From an uncultured Chromatiales bacterium (GTDB lineage: Bacteria; Pseudomonadota; Gammaproteobacteria; SZUA-140), in NCBI GenBank assembly GCA_964384095.1, contig CAYLKC010000002.1, positions 1 through 53,728 of the forward strand: a DNA stretch of 53,728 nt. Reading direction: 5' to 3'. The translations under genes were made by a program, and so were the position numbers. Each line of letters begins with the position of its first letter. Position 1 is the first letter of the stretch. Positions 1 to 9,004 of this stretch are shown piece by piece. The notes under the pieces were generated by a model. It saw only the letters and a program-made list of their open reading frames with translations, searched no databases and had not been told where the DNA came from.

Positions 1-372
1 GTCGAAACCGTTCTCCTCCATCCACTGTCGCGCCTTGCGTACCATGAAGCCCTTGCAGTCGAGGCAGGGATTCATGTTCGCGCCGTAACCGTGCTTCGGG
101 TTGATGACGACGTCCTTGTATTCCTCGATGACGTCGACGATGTGCAGCTTGATGCCGATCTGCTCGGCAACCCACAGCGCGTTGTTGCGCTTCGGGCGCT
201 CCCGTTCGCGGTCCTTGCGGCGGATGGCATGGGTATGCCCCTCGACGCAGAAGCCGGTGAAGAAATTGATGCCTTCGACGATGACGCCGTGGTCCTGGAT
301 CGCCCGCGCGGCGAGCATCGAATCCAGTCCGCCGGAGATCAGGGCCACGGCCTTGCGTGGTGTCTCTGCCAT
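1..372 (-). CDS. PP-loop ATP pyrophosphatase family protein (ThiI/tRNA-thiolation-like); N-terminal 124 aa only, the gene runs off the left edge
   Basis: Reverse translation from the ATG at 372-370 gives MAETPRKAVALISGGLDSMLAARAIQDHGVIVEGINFFTGFC...NPCLDCKGFMVRKARQWMEENGFD. It has an SGGxDS PP-loop and an NPCxDCK motif. It is absent from the ORF track because it is truncated. Confidence 0.6.
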   Translation of the reverse strand, partial: MAETPRKAVALISGGLDSMLAARAIQDHGVIVEGINFFTGFCVEGHTHAIRRKDRERERPKRNNALWVAEQIGIKLHIVDVIEEYKDVVINPKHGYGANMNPCLDCKGFMVRKARQWMEENGFD

Positions 373-460
373 AGCATGCCGTCCCGTAATCCGTCCGGGC
401 CATGCCCGGAAAGAGTGCAATCATAGCAAAACGGGGCAGCGGAAAAAATTCGGCGGCGGA

Positions 461-1042
461 TTACATCAACAGCGGTGCCTGTCCGGACTGATCGCGTACC
501 GGGAAGGCGCCGGTGCAGGCGCGAATGTAGCGCAATGCGCGCGGACTGCCGGTATCGCTCCACAGATCGAAGGCATGCAGCGGCGTCAGGCCGCCCTCGC
601 TGGCGCGAAGCTCGCGCATCGTGTGCAGGAGGTCGATCAGGGTCGCGAAGGCGAGGCAGAGATCAGCATACTGGGCGCGACGCTCGTCCTGGAGCAGCTC
701 GTGGAGCTGGCGGTAGGCAGTCTGGCCGAGGCTGACGAACTGGCTGAGGCGGACGCCGCGCTGTTCGGCGAGGTCGGGAAACAGCCCGGCGAACAGCAGG
801 CACTGGTCGCCGATGTCACGCAGGTGTTCGGCGCGCGGCTTCAGCGGCGGTTGCCCGGTGAGCTGGTCGAGGGCCATCAGCCCGTCGAACAGGTCTGCCC
901 GCGTCGACACCCGGATCAGCAGGTTGACGAGATAGGTCTCGAGCCACTCGCCGAGCACACAGCCGGTTTGTGCCTCGGCCTCGCCGACGAGGGTACGCCA
1001 TTCGGCCTCGGATCCGGGGTTCGCGGTCAGTTTCAGCATCAT
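461..1042 (-). CDS. hypothetical protein (193 aa), upstream of and co-directional with the PP-loop gene
   Basis: Intact ORF with GC3-rich codon usage and no recognisable motif. The alternative-frame ORFs here are Arg/Ala-rich shadows. Confidence 0.5.
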   Translation of the reverse strand: MMLKLTANPGSEAEWRTLVGEAEAQTGCVLGEWLETYLVNLLIRVSTRADLFDGLMALDQLTGQPPLKPRAEHLRDIGDQCLLFAGLFPDLAEQRGVRLSQFVSLGQTAYRQLHELLQDERRAQYADLCLAFATLIDLLHTMRELRASEGGLTPLHAFDLWSDTGSPRALRYIRACTGAFPVRDQSGQAPLLM

Positions 1043-1180
1043 GAATGCTACATCGGCCGCCGGCGGCCGCGCGTTAGCGCGCGGGCGAGGCTTTCTTCAC
1101 CGCGGCTCTGTTGATAAGATCCTGATCTTCCCGAGCAATTCCGGACGGCAGCGAGGTCCGGACATAAACCTGGCAAGCCG

Positions 1181-2101
1181 ATGAGCCACAATCCCGATAT
1201 CACCACCTTCCAGGGTCTGATCCTGGCCCTGCAGCAGTACTGGATCGAGCAGGGCTGCGTGCTGCTGCAACCCTGTGACATGGAGGTTGGCGCCGGCACG
1301 TTTCACCCGGCAACTTTCCTGCGCTCGATCGGCCCTGAGCCCTGGGCCGCGGTTTATGTCCAGCCCTCGCGACGGCCGACCGACGGTCGTTATGGCGAGA
1401 ATCCGAACCGGTTGCAGCACTATTACCAGCTCCAGGTCGTCATCAAGCCGTCGCCGCATGACTTCCAGCAGCTCTATCTCGGTTCTCTCGCGCGCCTCGG
1501 CATCGATCCGCTGGTCCATGACGTCCGCTTCGTCGAGGACAACTGGGAGTCGCCGACGCTCGGCGCCTGGGGGCTCGGCTGGGAGGTCTGGCTGAACGGC
1601 ATGGAGATCACCCAGTTCACCTATTTCCAGCAGGCCGGCGGCCTCGACTGCCGGCCGGTCACCGGCGAGATCACCTACGGACTCGAGCGCATCGCGATGT
1701 ATTTGCAGGGCGTGGGCAGTGTCTACGACCTGGTCTGGAGCCGGGGCGGTCCGGCCGGCGTCGTCAGCTATGGCGACGTGTTCCACCAGAACGAGGTCGA
1801 GATGTCCGCATACAATTTCGAACATGCCGACACCGCGATGCTGTTCGCGGGCTTCGACGCATGCGAGGCCGAAAGCGTGCGCATGATTGAGGTCGGTCTG
1901 CCGCTGGCCGCCTACGAATTGACCCTGAAGTCATCGCACCTGTTCAATCTGCTCGATGCCCGCAAGGCGATCAGCGTGACGGAGCGTGCGCGCTACATCG
2001 GCAGGGTGCGCGCGTTGTCCGAGGCGGTCGCGAAGGCCTATTACGCGCGCCGAGAGGCACTCGGTTTCCCGATGTGCGCCGGCGCGGAGCGCGGGTCATG
2101 A
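1181..2101 (+). CDS. glyQ: glycine--tRNA ligase alpha subunit
   Basis: 306 aa. [35 protein letters not shown]...[22 protein letters not shown] is the highly conserved GlyQ sequence. Confidence 0.97.
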   Translation: MSHNPDITTFQGLILALQQYWIEQGCVLLQPCDMEVGAGTFHPATFLRSIGPEPWAAVYVQPSRRPTDGRYGENPNRLQHYYQLQVVIKPSPHDFQQLYLGSLARLGIDPLVHDVRFVEDNWESPTLGAWGLGWEVWLNGMEITQFTYFQQAGGLDCRPVTGEITYGLERIAMYLQGVGSVYDLVWSRGGPAGVVSYGDVFHQNEVEMSAYNFEHADTAMLFAGFDACEAESVRMIEVGLPLAAYELTLKSSHLFNLLDARKAISVTERARYIGRVRALSEAVAKAYYARREALGFPMCAGAERGS

Positions 2102-4203
2102 GCGCGCGGCACGACTTTCTGTTCGAGATCGGCACCGAAGAGCTGCCGCCAAAGGCCCTGCCGGGTCTCGGCGAGGCGCTCGGGGAAGGGGTCCGACGCG
2201 GATTGCGCAAGGCCAACCTCGGCTTCGACGATCTCCGTGTCTGCGCGGCGGCGCGTCGGCTCGCGGTGATCGTCGAACACCTGGCTGCCGTGCAGCCCGA
2301 CACCGTCGAGGAACGCCGCGGCCCGGCGCTGTCGGCTGCCTTCGATGAAAACGGCAGGCCGACAGCGGCCGCGCTCGGCTTCGCGCGTTCCTGCGGCGTC
2401 GAGGTCGATGCGCTGGAGCGGCTCGAAACGGACAAGGGCGCATGGCTGGTCGCGCGCGCCGCGCATCGTGGTCGCGACGTGCGTGAACTGCTGCCTGGCA
2501 TCGTCACCGACGCGCTGGCTGCGTTGCCGATCCCGCGGCGCATGCGCTGGGGCGCACTGGATACGGCTTTCGTCCGCCCTGTGCACTGGCTGGTGATGCT
2601 TTACGGGGAGGAAGTCGTCCCGCTCGAGCTGTTCGGGCTCGCGGCCGGCAGGGAAACCCGCGGACATCGATTCCATTGTGACCGGCCCTTGCACCTCGCG
2701 CAGCCGTCCTCCTACGTTCCTCTGTTGGAGACCGAAGGCTATGTCGTCGCCGATTTTGCGCAGCGCCGTGAGGCGGTGCGCGCGCAGGTGCTCAAGGCCG
2801 CGGCGGCGGCCGGTGGGCGCGCGGAGATCGATGCCGCCCTGCTCGACGAGGTCACCGCGATCGTCGAGTGGCCGCGCGCGATCACCGGACACTTCGAAGA
2901 ACGCTTCCTTGATCTGCCGGAAGAGGTGCTGATCTCGGTGATGAAACAGCATCAGAAATATTTTCACCTGCGTGATGCCGGTGGCAGCCTGATGCCCGCC
3001 TTCATCACCGTCAGCAACATCGAGAGCCGCAATCCCGCCGTGGTGCAGGCCGGAAACGAACGCGTGATCCGTCCCCGTCTCAGTGACGCGATGTTCTTCT
3101 GGAACCAGGACAGCAAGCGCCGCCTCGATGCGCGCATCGAGGAGCTCGGGCGCGTGGTCTTCCAGCGCGGCCTCGGTACGCTGTACCAGAAGGGCGAGCG
3201 CATCGCTGCGCTGGCCACGACGATCGCCGAGGAGATCGATGGCGACCGCTACGCCGCCGAGCGCGCGGGCTGGCTGTGCAAGTGCGACCTGATGACCGAC
3301 ATGGTCGGAGAATTTCCGGAGCTGCAAGGGATCATGGGCCGCTATTACGCCGTGCATGATGGCGAACCCGGCGAGGTCGCGGCGGCGATTGCCGAACATT
3401 ACCTGCCGCGTTCCGCCGGCGATGCGCTGCCGGCGACGACTGCCGGACAGGCCGTTGCGATCGCCGACCGGCTCGACACGCTGGCCGGCATCTTTGGCCT
3501 CGGCCGCGTGCCGACCGGCGACAAGGATCCGTTCGCGCTCAGGCGCGCGGCGTTCGGCGTCCTGCGCATCATCATCGAGGGTGGTCTGCGTCTCGATCTC
3601 GTGCCGCTCATCGATGCCGCATTCGAGGGCTATCGCCGACAGGGCGCCGCCATCGCCCATGGCAACGAGCAATGTGAACAGCTGTTCGGTTTCATGATGG
3701 AGCGGCTGCGCGCCTGGTACCATGACGCGGGTATCGGCAGCGAGATCTTCGATGCGGTGCTGTCGCGCCGTCCGGCGCAGCCCGCGGATTTCGACGCGCG
3801 CGTGCGCGCGGTCAGAATGTTCAGCGCCCTTCCCGAGGCCGAGAGTCTGGCCGCGGCCAACAAGCGCATCGCGAACATCCTCAGAAAGTCAGCTGCGCGT
3901 CCCGCTGATCACGTCGATGAAGGGCTGCTGCGCGATCCCGCCGAACGGGCGCTCGCCGCCGCCCTCGATGACGCCGTTCGCGAGACTGCGCCGCTGATCG
4001 GGACAGGGGAATATGCCGAGGCGCTGAAGCGTCTGGCGGCGCTGCGCGGCCCGGTCGACGCCTTCTTCGACCAGGTGCTGGTCATGAGCGACGATGCGGC
4101 GGTGCGCGACAACCGCCTTGCACTGCTTCAGCGTCTGCACGGACAGTTCATGCAGGTCGCCGACCTGTCCTGCCTGTTCAGCCAGGGCGATTCGCGGGGG
4201 TGA
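2098..4203 (+). CDS. glyS: glycine--tRNA ligase beta subunit
   Basis: [19 protein letters not shown] is a typical GlyS N-terminus. The ATG at 2098 overlaps the glyQ stop (ATGA). The ORF track begins earlier, at 2074. Confidence 0.95.
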   Translation: MSARHDFLFEIGTEELPPKALPGLGEALGEGVRRGLRKANLGFDDLRVCAAARRLAVIVEHLAAVQPDTVEERRGPALSAAFDENGRPTAAALGFARSCGVEVDALERLETDKGAWLVARAAHRGRDVRELLPGIVTDALAALPIPRRMRWGALDTAFVRPVHWLVMLYGEEVVPLELFGLAAGRETRGHRFHCDRPLHLAQPSSYVPLLETEGYVVADFAQRREAVRAQVLKAAAAAGGRAEIDAALLDEVTAIVEWPRAITGHFEERFLDLPEEVLISVMKQHQKYFHLRDAGGSLMPAFITVSNIESRNPAVVQAGNERVIRPRLSDAMFFWNQDSKRRLDARIEELGRVVFQRGLGTLYQKGERIAALATTIAEEIDGDRYAAERAGWLCKCDLMTDMVGEFPELQGIMGRYYAVHDGEPGEVAAAIAEHYLPRSAGDALPATTAGQAVAIADRLDTLAGIFGLGRVPTGDKDPFALRRAAFGVLRIIIEGGLRLDLVPLIDAAFEGYRRQGAAIAHGNEQCEQLFGFMMERLRAWYHDAGIGSEIFDAVLSRRPAQPADFDARVRAVRMFSALPEAESLAAANKRIANILRKSAARPADHVDEGLLRDPAERALAAALDDAVRETAPLIGTGEYAEALKRLAALRGPVDAFFDQVLVMSDDAAVRDNRLALLQRLHGQFMQVADLSCLFSQGDSRG

Positions 4204-4748
4204 TGATGCGGCCTGTCGTGTTATGCCGGGATGGCGTCATCAACCGGATTCCGAAGGGGAACGTGCGTTCTCCTGACGACTGGCACGCTTTGCCCGGCAG
4301 TCTGCGCGCGATCGCCCGTCTGACCTTCGCCCATTGTAACGTCATCGTCGTGACCAACCAGCCTGACATCGGCGAGGGCGGACTCGACAGCGGTACGCTC
4401 GCGCGCATTCACACCAAGATGAGGGCAGAGGCCGCGCGCGAGGGCGGCAGGATCGATGCGCTGCTGTACTGCCCGCACCGCGCCGACGAGGATTGCCCGT
4501 GCCGCATGCCGAAACCGGGCCTGCTGATCGAGATCGGCAGACGCCTGGATGTCGACCTCGGTAATGTGCCCTTCGTCACCCATTCAGTCGATAACGCGCG
4601 CATGGCTGCCTCGCTCGGCATGCAGGCCATGCTGATCGATCCCGAACGTTGCCGCCGGGGGGATGACGGGCTGGGTGGAGAGTTCCCGCTGTTTCCGGAT
4701 CTCGCCGCGGTCGCCGACGCTGTGATCCGGCAGGCCGAAGCGGCCTGA
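4200..4748 (+). CDS. GmhB-like HAD phosphatase (D,D-heptose 1,7-bisphosphate phosphatase family) with degenerate catalytic motifs
   Basis: 182 aa with VVTNQP and the CPH...CPC zinc-loop signature of GmhB. Its position after glyS and before plsC matches Pseudomonas. HAD motif I reads CRDG instead of DRDG. Confidence 0.7.
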   Translation: MMMRPVVLCRDGVINRIPKGNVRSPDDWHALPGSLRAIARLTFAHCNVIVVTNQPDIGEGGLDSGTLARIHTKMRAEAAREGGRIDALLYCPHRADEDCPCRMPKPGLLIEIGRRLDVDLGNVPFVTHSVDNARMAASLGMQAMLIDPERCRRGDDGLGGEFPLFPDLAAVADAVIRQAEAA

Positions 4749-4752
4749 GCGG

Positions 4753-5493
4753 ATGTTGATCGCGCGCTCGCTGCTGTTCGCGCTCGGCCTGTGGCTGTCG
4801 ACGATTGCCTATGCGCCTTTCGCGCTGATGACCTTCCCGTTCCCGGTACGCGCCCGCTATCGATTCATCACGACCTGGGCGCGCTTCAATGTCTGGTGGC
4901 TGCGAATCACTTGCGCACTCGATTACCGGGTCGAGGGACGCGAGCATCTCCCGAAGGGCGCGGCGATCGCGTTTTGCAAGCATCAATCCACCTGGGAGAC
5001 CTTTGCGCTGCCCGAGATCCTGCCCTACCAGGTCTGGTTGATGAAGCGCGAACTGCTGCGCATCCCCTTGTTCGGCTGGGGCATCGCAATGCTCAAGCCG
5101 ATCGCGATCGACCGCCGCGGCGGTCGCAAGGCCATCGAACAGCTGGTCGAACAGGGCGCGCGGCATCTCGCTGATGGCCGCTGGGTCATGGTCTTCCCCG
5201 AGGGTACCCGCGTCGCGCCGGGCGAGACCGGGAGGTATGGCATCGGTGGCGCGGTGCTCGCCGGGAAGACCGGCTATCCGGTCGTGCCGGTCGCGCACAA
5301 CGCCGGCGAGTTCTGGCCGCGCAAGGGCTTCGTCAAGCGGCCCGGCACGATCACGATTTCGATCGGCCCCGCGATCGAATCGCGCGGCAAGACCCCCGAA
5401 CAGATCCGCGACGAGGCGCGCGACTGGATCGAGGCGAAGTCCCGCGAGATCAGCACCCTCAAGCTTCCCGCAGCGACACCGGACACTGCGTGA
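4753..5493 (+). CDS. plsC: 1-acyl-sn-glycerol-3-phosphate acyltransferase
   Basis: 246 aa with an N-terminal TM segment, an HQSTWE acyltransferase block and an FPEGTR motif. Confidence 0.85.
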   Translation: MLIARSLLFALGLWLSTIAYAPFALMTFPFPVRARYRFITTWARFNVWWLRITCALDYRVEGREHLPKGAAIAFCKHQSTWETFALPEILPYQVWLMKRELLRIPLFGWGIAMLKPIAIDRRGGRKAIEQLVEQGARHLADGRWVMVFPEGTRVAPGETGRYGIGGAVLAGKTGYPVVPVAHNAGEFWPRKGFVKRPGTITISIGPAIESRGKTPEQIRDEARDWIEAKSREISTLKLPAATPDTA

Positions 5494-5547
5494 TTCGCAC
5501 AACGCGCGGAGACAGCGAACCGCGCATCGACGTCGCAGCAGTGGTAA

Positions 5548-5654
5548 GCAGGGTCTGGACGGCCTGTGTTCAGGACACGCGTAAATACGTCCCTGTAGCT
5601 CTCGGCCGCATCCCTGCGGCCGAAGGTCCTGAACACAGGCCGTCCAGACCCTGC
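5548..5654 (+). repeat. hairpin element A: 29-bp perfect arms plus a 49-nt REP-like loop (GTAG + GGCCGC-ATCCCT-GCGGCC)
   Basis: Arm 5548-5576 is the exact reverse complement of arm 5626-5654. The loop is homologous to the loops at 5710-5758 and 40935-40987. Confidence 0.9.
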
Positions 5655-5680
5655 CGCGAGCGCGTGCCACAGCCGCAGGT

Positions 5681-5787
5681 CGCCACGTCCCGCCTTCCGT
5701 TGCCATGACCTTCCGCCGCAGGGATGCGGCGGGGAGCTACATGGATGTATTAACGCGAGTCATGGCAACGGAAGGCGGGACGCGGCG
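5681..5787 (-). repeat. hairpin element B: 29-bp arms (1 mismatch) plus a 49-nt REP-like loop, inverted relative to A
   Basis: Arms 5681-5709 and 5759-5787 pair at 28/29 positions (24 contiguous). The reverse complement of the loop matches loop A at 42/49 positions by hand count. Confidence 0.9.
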
Positions 5788-5853
5788 GCCGGGAATATGG
5801 CAGAACGCTTTATGCGGACAGCAGTCGATGCGGTCCTCTGCGCACAGGGCGTC

Positions 5854-6660
5854 CTACATTTTTCCGGAATTCTGCGGGGTGGCGGCTCGGGGAAGTTGCG
5901 CGGCGAGGCGGGCGAAATCGGACAGCGTGAGCTGTTCGGCGCGCAGGCCGGGATCGACGCCGGCGGCCTCGATCGCGGCGCCGTCGAGCAGCGTCGACAA
6001 TGCATTGCGCAGGGTCTTGCGCCGGTACATGAATGCCATGCGGACCACCTCTGCAAAGATCACCGGGTTAGCGATCTCGACCGGCGGGCGGGCGTGCGGG
6101 ACCAGACGCACGAAGGCCGATTCGACCTTCGGTGGCGGATTGAATGCGCCCGGACCAATCGTGAACAGTCGATCGACCGCGCAATGGCATTGGACCATCA
6201 CGCTGAGGCGGCCGTAGTCCTTGCCGCCGGGACCGGCGGCCATCCGTTCGACGACCTCCTTCTGCAGCATGAAGTGCATGTCCTCGATGCAGTGGCGCTG
6301 CTCGAGCAGGCGGAAGATCAGCGGGGTCGAGATGTTATAGGGCAGGTTGCCGACGACGCGCAGCCGCTCACCACCGGCGACGGCGCAGACATCGAAATCG
6401 AGGGCATCGGCCTGGTGCACGCGCAGTCTGCCTTGCGCGCGCGCGGGCAGCGCCTCGAGCGCGGGGATGAGGTCACGATCGAGTTCGACGACATCGAGGT
6501 CGGCGCCGGATTCGAGCAGGGGTAGGGTCAGCGCGCCCCTGCCCGGACCGATCTCGAGCAGGCGTTGCCCGGGGACGGGCGAGATCGCGCGCACGATCCG
6601 GTCGATGATGGCGGGGGCGTGGAGGAAATTCTGTCCGAATCGTTTGCGCGGCCGGTGCAT
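5854..6660 (-). CDS. rsmA: 16S rRNA (adenine1518/1519-N6)-dimethyltransferase
   Basis: 268 aa. RKRFGQNFLHAPAIIDRIV...LLEIGPGRGALT is the KsgA signature, and the gene lies downstream of pdxA. Confidence 0.93.
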   Translation of the reverse strand: MHRPRKRFGQNFLHAPAIIDRIVRAISPVPGQRLLEIGPGRGALTLPLLESGADLDVVELDRDLIPALEALPARAQGRLRVHQADALDFDVCAVAGGERLRVVGNLPYNISTPLIFRLLEQRHCIEDMHFMLQKEVVERMAAGPGGKDYGRLSVMVQCHCAVDRLFTIGPGAFNPPPKVESAFVRLVPHARPPVEIANPVIFAEVVRMAFMYRRKTLRNALSTLLDGAAIEAAGVDPGLRAEQLTLSDFARLAAQLPRAATPQNSGKM

Positions 6661-6665
6661 GAGGC

Positions 6666-7664
6666 TCAGGCCGTGCGCAAACGCCGGCGGGAGGCCATCG
6701 CGATCGCGGTGTCGAGCGCGAGTTCGAAACTGCCGGCGCGCGCCCGGCCACTGCCGGCCAGTTCGAGGGCGGTGCCATGATCGACCGAGGTGCGGATCAG
6801 CGGCAGGCCGAGGGTGATGTTGATCGCGTTGCCGAAGCCCATGTGCTTGAGTACCGGCAGGCCCTGATCATGGTACATCGCGACCACCGCGTCGGTTGCG
6901 GCGAGCACTTCGGGCAGGAAGGCGGTATCGGCCGGTCGCGGGCCGTCGACCGCCATGCCTTCACGCGCGAGCCGGCGGATCACCGGCGTGATGCTCCCGA
7001 TCTCCTCGGTGCCGAGCTCGCCGTCCTCGCCTGCATGCGGATTCAGGCCGCAGACCAGCAGCCGCGGATCGTCGATGCCGTATAGTTCGCGCAGGCCGCG
7101 ATGCGTCGTGCGCAGCACCGCCTCGATGCGTTCCGGCGTGATGCCGTCAAAGACGTCCCTGAGCGCGACATGCGTCGTCGCGAGCGCAACGCGCAGGCCG
7201 GGTGTCGCCAGCATCATGACCACGTCGCGTGTCGCGGTCAGCATCGCGAGATATTCGGTATGTCCCGAGAAACGGATGCCGGCGCGATTGATGACGCCCT
7301 TGTGCACGGGGCCGGTCATCATCGCGTCGAAGCGGCCCTCGAGACAGCCTTCTACTGCGGTCTTCAGGGTGTCGAGCACATAGGCGGCATTGGCGGGGTC
7401 GGTCTCGCCGCAGACCGCGGGATTGGCGGCCGTGACCGGCAGGACGGTGATCGTGCCGGGTGCGCTTGCGCGGGGATCGGCGCCGGGCCGGTATTCGACG
7501 AGCGTAAGATCGAGGCCGAGCCGTCGCATGCGTCGCTCGAGCACGCCGGGATCGGCAATCACGATCTGTCCGCCATCGGCCCTGCGCGCGAGCACCTGCA
7601 GGCACAGGTCGGGCCCGATGCCTGCGGGCTCGCCGGGGGTTACGGCGATAACCGGAGGGCGCAT
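6666..7664 (-). CDS. pdxA: 4-hydroxythreonine-4-phosphate dehydrogenase
   Basis: 332 aa with IAVTPGEPAGIGPD, GHTEYLA and GLNPHAGE motifs, in surA-pdxA-rsmA synteny. Confidence 0.93.
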   Translation of the reverse strand: MRPPVIAVTPGEPAGIGPDLCLQVLARRADGGQIVIADPGVLERRMRRLGLDLTLVEYRPGADPRASAPGTITVLPVTAANPAVCGETDPANAAYVLDTLKTAVEGCLEGRFDAMMTGPVHKGVINRAGIRFSGHTEYLAMLTATRDVVMMLATPGLRVALATTHVALRDVFDGITPERIEAVLRTTHRGLRELYGIDDPRLLVCGLNPHAGEDGELGTEEIGSITPVIRRLAREGMAVDGPRPADTAFLPEVLAATDAVVAMYHDQGLPVLKHMGFGNAINITLGLPLIRTSVDHGTALELAGSGRARAGSFELALDTAIAMASRRRLRTA

Positions 7665-7675
7665 CGGTTCGCGTC

Positions 7676-8977
7676 CTACAGTCGGTACTCGACGTAGGCA
7701 TCCTCGCGGAGCCTGCGCAACCAGTCGGAGAATTCCTCTTCGGCCTTGCGCCGGTAGATCGATTCACGCGCCATCTCGCGCGAGAATTCCTCGGTGACGT
7801 CGCGCTCACGGCGGGCGATGATCTGCACCAGGTGCCAGCCGAACGGCGTCTGCACCGGTTCGCTGAGTTCGCCGATGGCAAGCCTGGCCATCGCCTGTTC
7901 GAATTCGGGGACCATCTCGCCGGGATTGACCCAGCCGAGATCCCCCCCGGTCGAGGCGCTGGCGACGTCGTCGGAATGGGCATGGGCGAGGTCGGCGAAG
8001 CTCGCGCCGGCGTCGATCCTGTCTTTCATCTCACGCAACAAGTCGAGCGCAGCCTCGTCGCTGAGCAGTTCGCCGGTTTCGACGAGGATGTGACGCGCCC
8101 GGGTCTGCGTCAGCACCCGGGTCTCACCCGAGCGATGCCCGTGCAAGCGGATGATATGGAAGCCGCTGCCGCTGCGGATCAGTTCGCTGATCTCGCCCGG
8201 CTGCATCTGCGGGGCGATCTCGGCGAACAGCGTCGGCAGTTCCGCGGCCTTGCGCCAGCCGAGATCGCCGCCGGACAGCGCCTGCTGGCCATCGGAGGAC
8301 GCGATTGCGACCTGGCTGAATTCCGTCCCTTCCCGGAGTCGGGCGAGGACCGCCTCGGCACGCTCGCGGGTTTCGCGCAGCTGCTCCGGGCTCGCGGCGT
8401 CCGGCGCGGCGATCAGGATATGGCCGAGGTGATATTCATCGGAACCCTGGCCCTGGCGCCGCTGGGTCGCGAGGAAGTGATCGACCTCCTGGTCGGTGAC
8501 GACGACGCGGTTGTCGACCTGCTGCTGGCGCAGACGGTGCAGGATCATCTCCTTGCGGATGTTCTCGCGGAACTTCGCGAAGTCGAAGCCTTCGTCCTGG
8601 AGCACGGCGCGAAATTCGGTCAGTGACAGGTTGTTCTGGGTGGCGATGCCGAGGATGGCCTGGTTGAGCGTGTCATCGTCGACGAGGATGCCGATGTCCC
8701 CGGCGAGCTGGAGCTGGATCTGTTCGAGCACCATGCGCTCGAGCACCTGCCGCTGCAGGATGTGCTCGGAGGGGGGGGTGATGCGCTGTTGCCGCAGTTG
8801 CGCCCGCACGGTGCGGACCTGCTCGGCCAGTTCGGTGCGTGAGATGATGTCGTTATCGACGATCGCAACGATGCGGTCGACCTCGACCGGCGCCGCGGAC
8901 GCAGCCACCGGCATGCCGGCAAGACAGAACAGGCAGAGCAGTGGCAGCAGGGCTGCGGGCAGGGTCGGGATTTTCAT
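7676..8977 (-). CDS. surA: periplasmic chaperone / peptidyl-prolyl isomerase SurA
   Basis: 433 aa with a signal peptide and two parvulin-like blocks (GGDLGW... twice), between lptD and pdxA. Confidence 0.92.
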   Translation of the reverse strand: MKIPTLPAALLPLLCLFCLAGMPVAASAAPVEVDRIVAIVDNDIISRTELAEQVRTVRAQLRQQRITPPSEHILQRQVLERMVLEQIQLQLAGDIGILVDDDTLNQAILGIATQNNLSLTEFRAVLQDEGFDFAKFRENIRKEMILHRLRQQQVDNRVVVTDQEVDHFLATQRRQGQGSDEYHLGHILIAAPDAASPEQLRETRERAEAVLARLREGTEFSQVAIASSDGQQALSGGDLGWRKAAELPTLFAEIAPQMQPGEISELIRSGSGFHIIRLHGHRSGETRVLTQTRARHILVETGELLSDEAALDLLREMKDRIDAGASFADLAHAHSDDVASASTGGDLGWVNPGEMVPEFEQAMARLAIGELSEPVQTPFGWHLVQIIARRERDVTEEFSREMARESIYRRKAEEEFSDWLRRLREDAYVEYRL

Positions 8978-9004
8978 GTGCTTGAGGCGGATGCCGGTTC
9001 AGGT

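Noticed and set aside
2041-3723. 560-aa minus-strand ORF antisense to glyS
   Set aside because: It is Arg/Ala/Gly-rich low-complexity translation typical of shadow ORFs in about 70% GC DNA. The plus strand encodes an unmistakable GlyS.
4576-5706. 376-aa minus-strand ORF covering plsC and running into the hairpin repeats
   Set aside because: It is antisense to a well-supported plsC and has no recognisable motifs. Its 5' part is simply a read-through of the palindromic elements.
5548-5787. Hairpin elements as a CRISPR array or integron attC sites
   Set aside because: The conserved units are inverted, not direct, repeats. There is no regular repeat-spacer periodicity and no cas or intI gene. 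In attC sites the conserved bases are at the outer ends, whereas here the conserved part is the central loop.
5490-6217. Small plus-strand ORFs (72 aa and 170 aa) spanning hairpin elements A and B
   Set aside because: Their sequences are mirror translations of inverted repeats (for example RVWTACVQD on both strands). There is no RBS and no coding bias.
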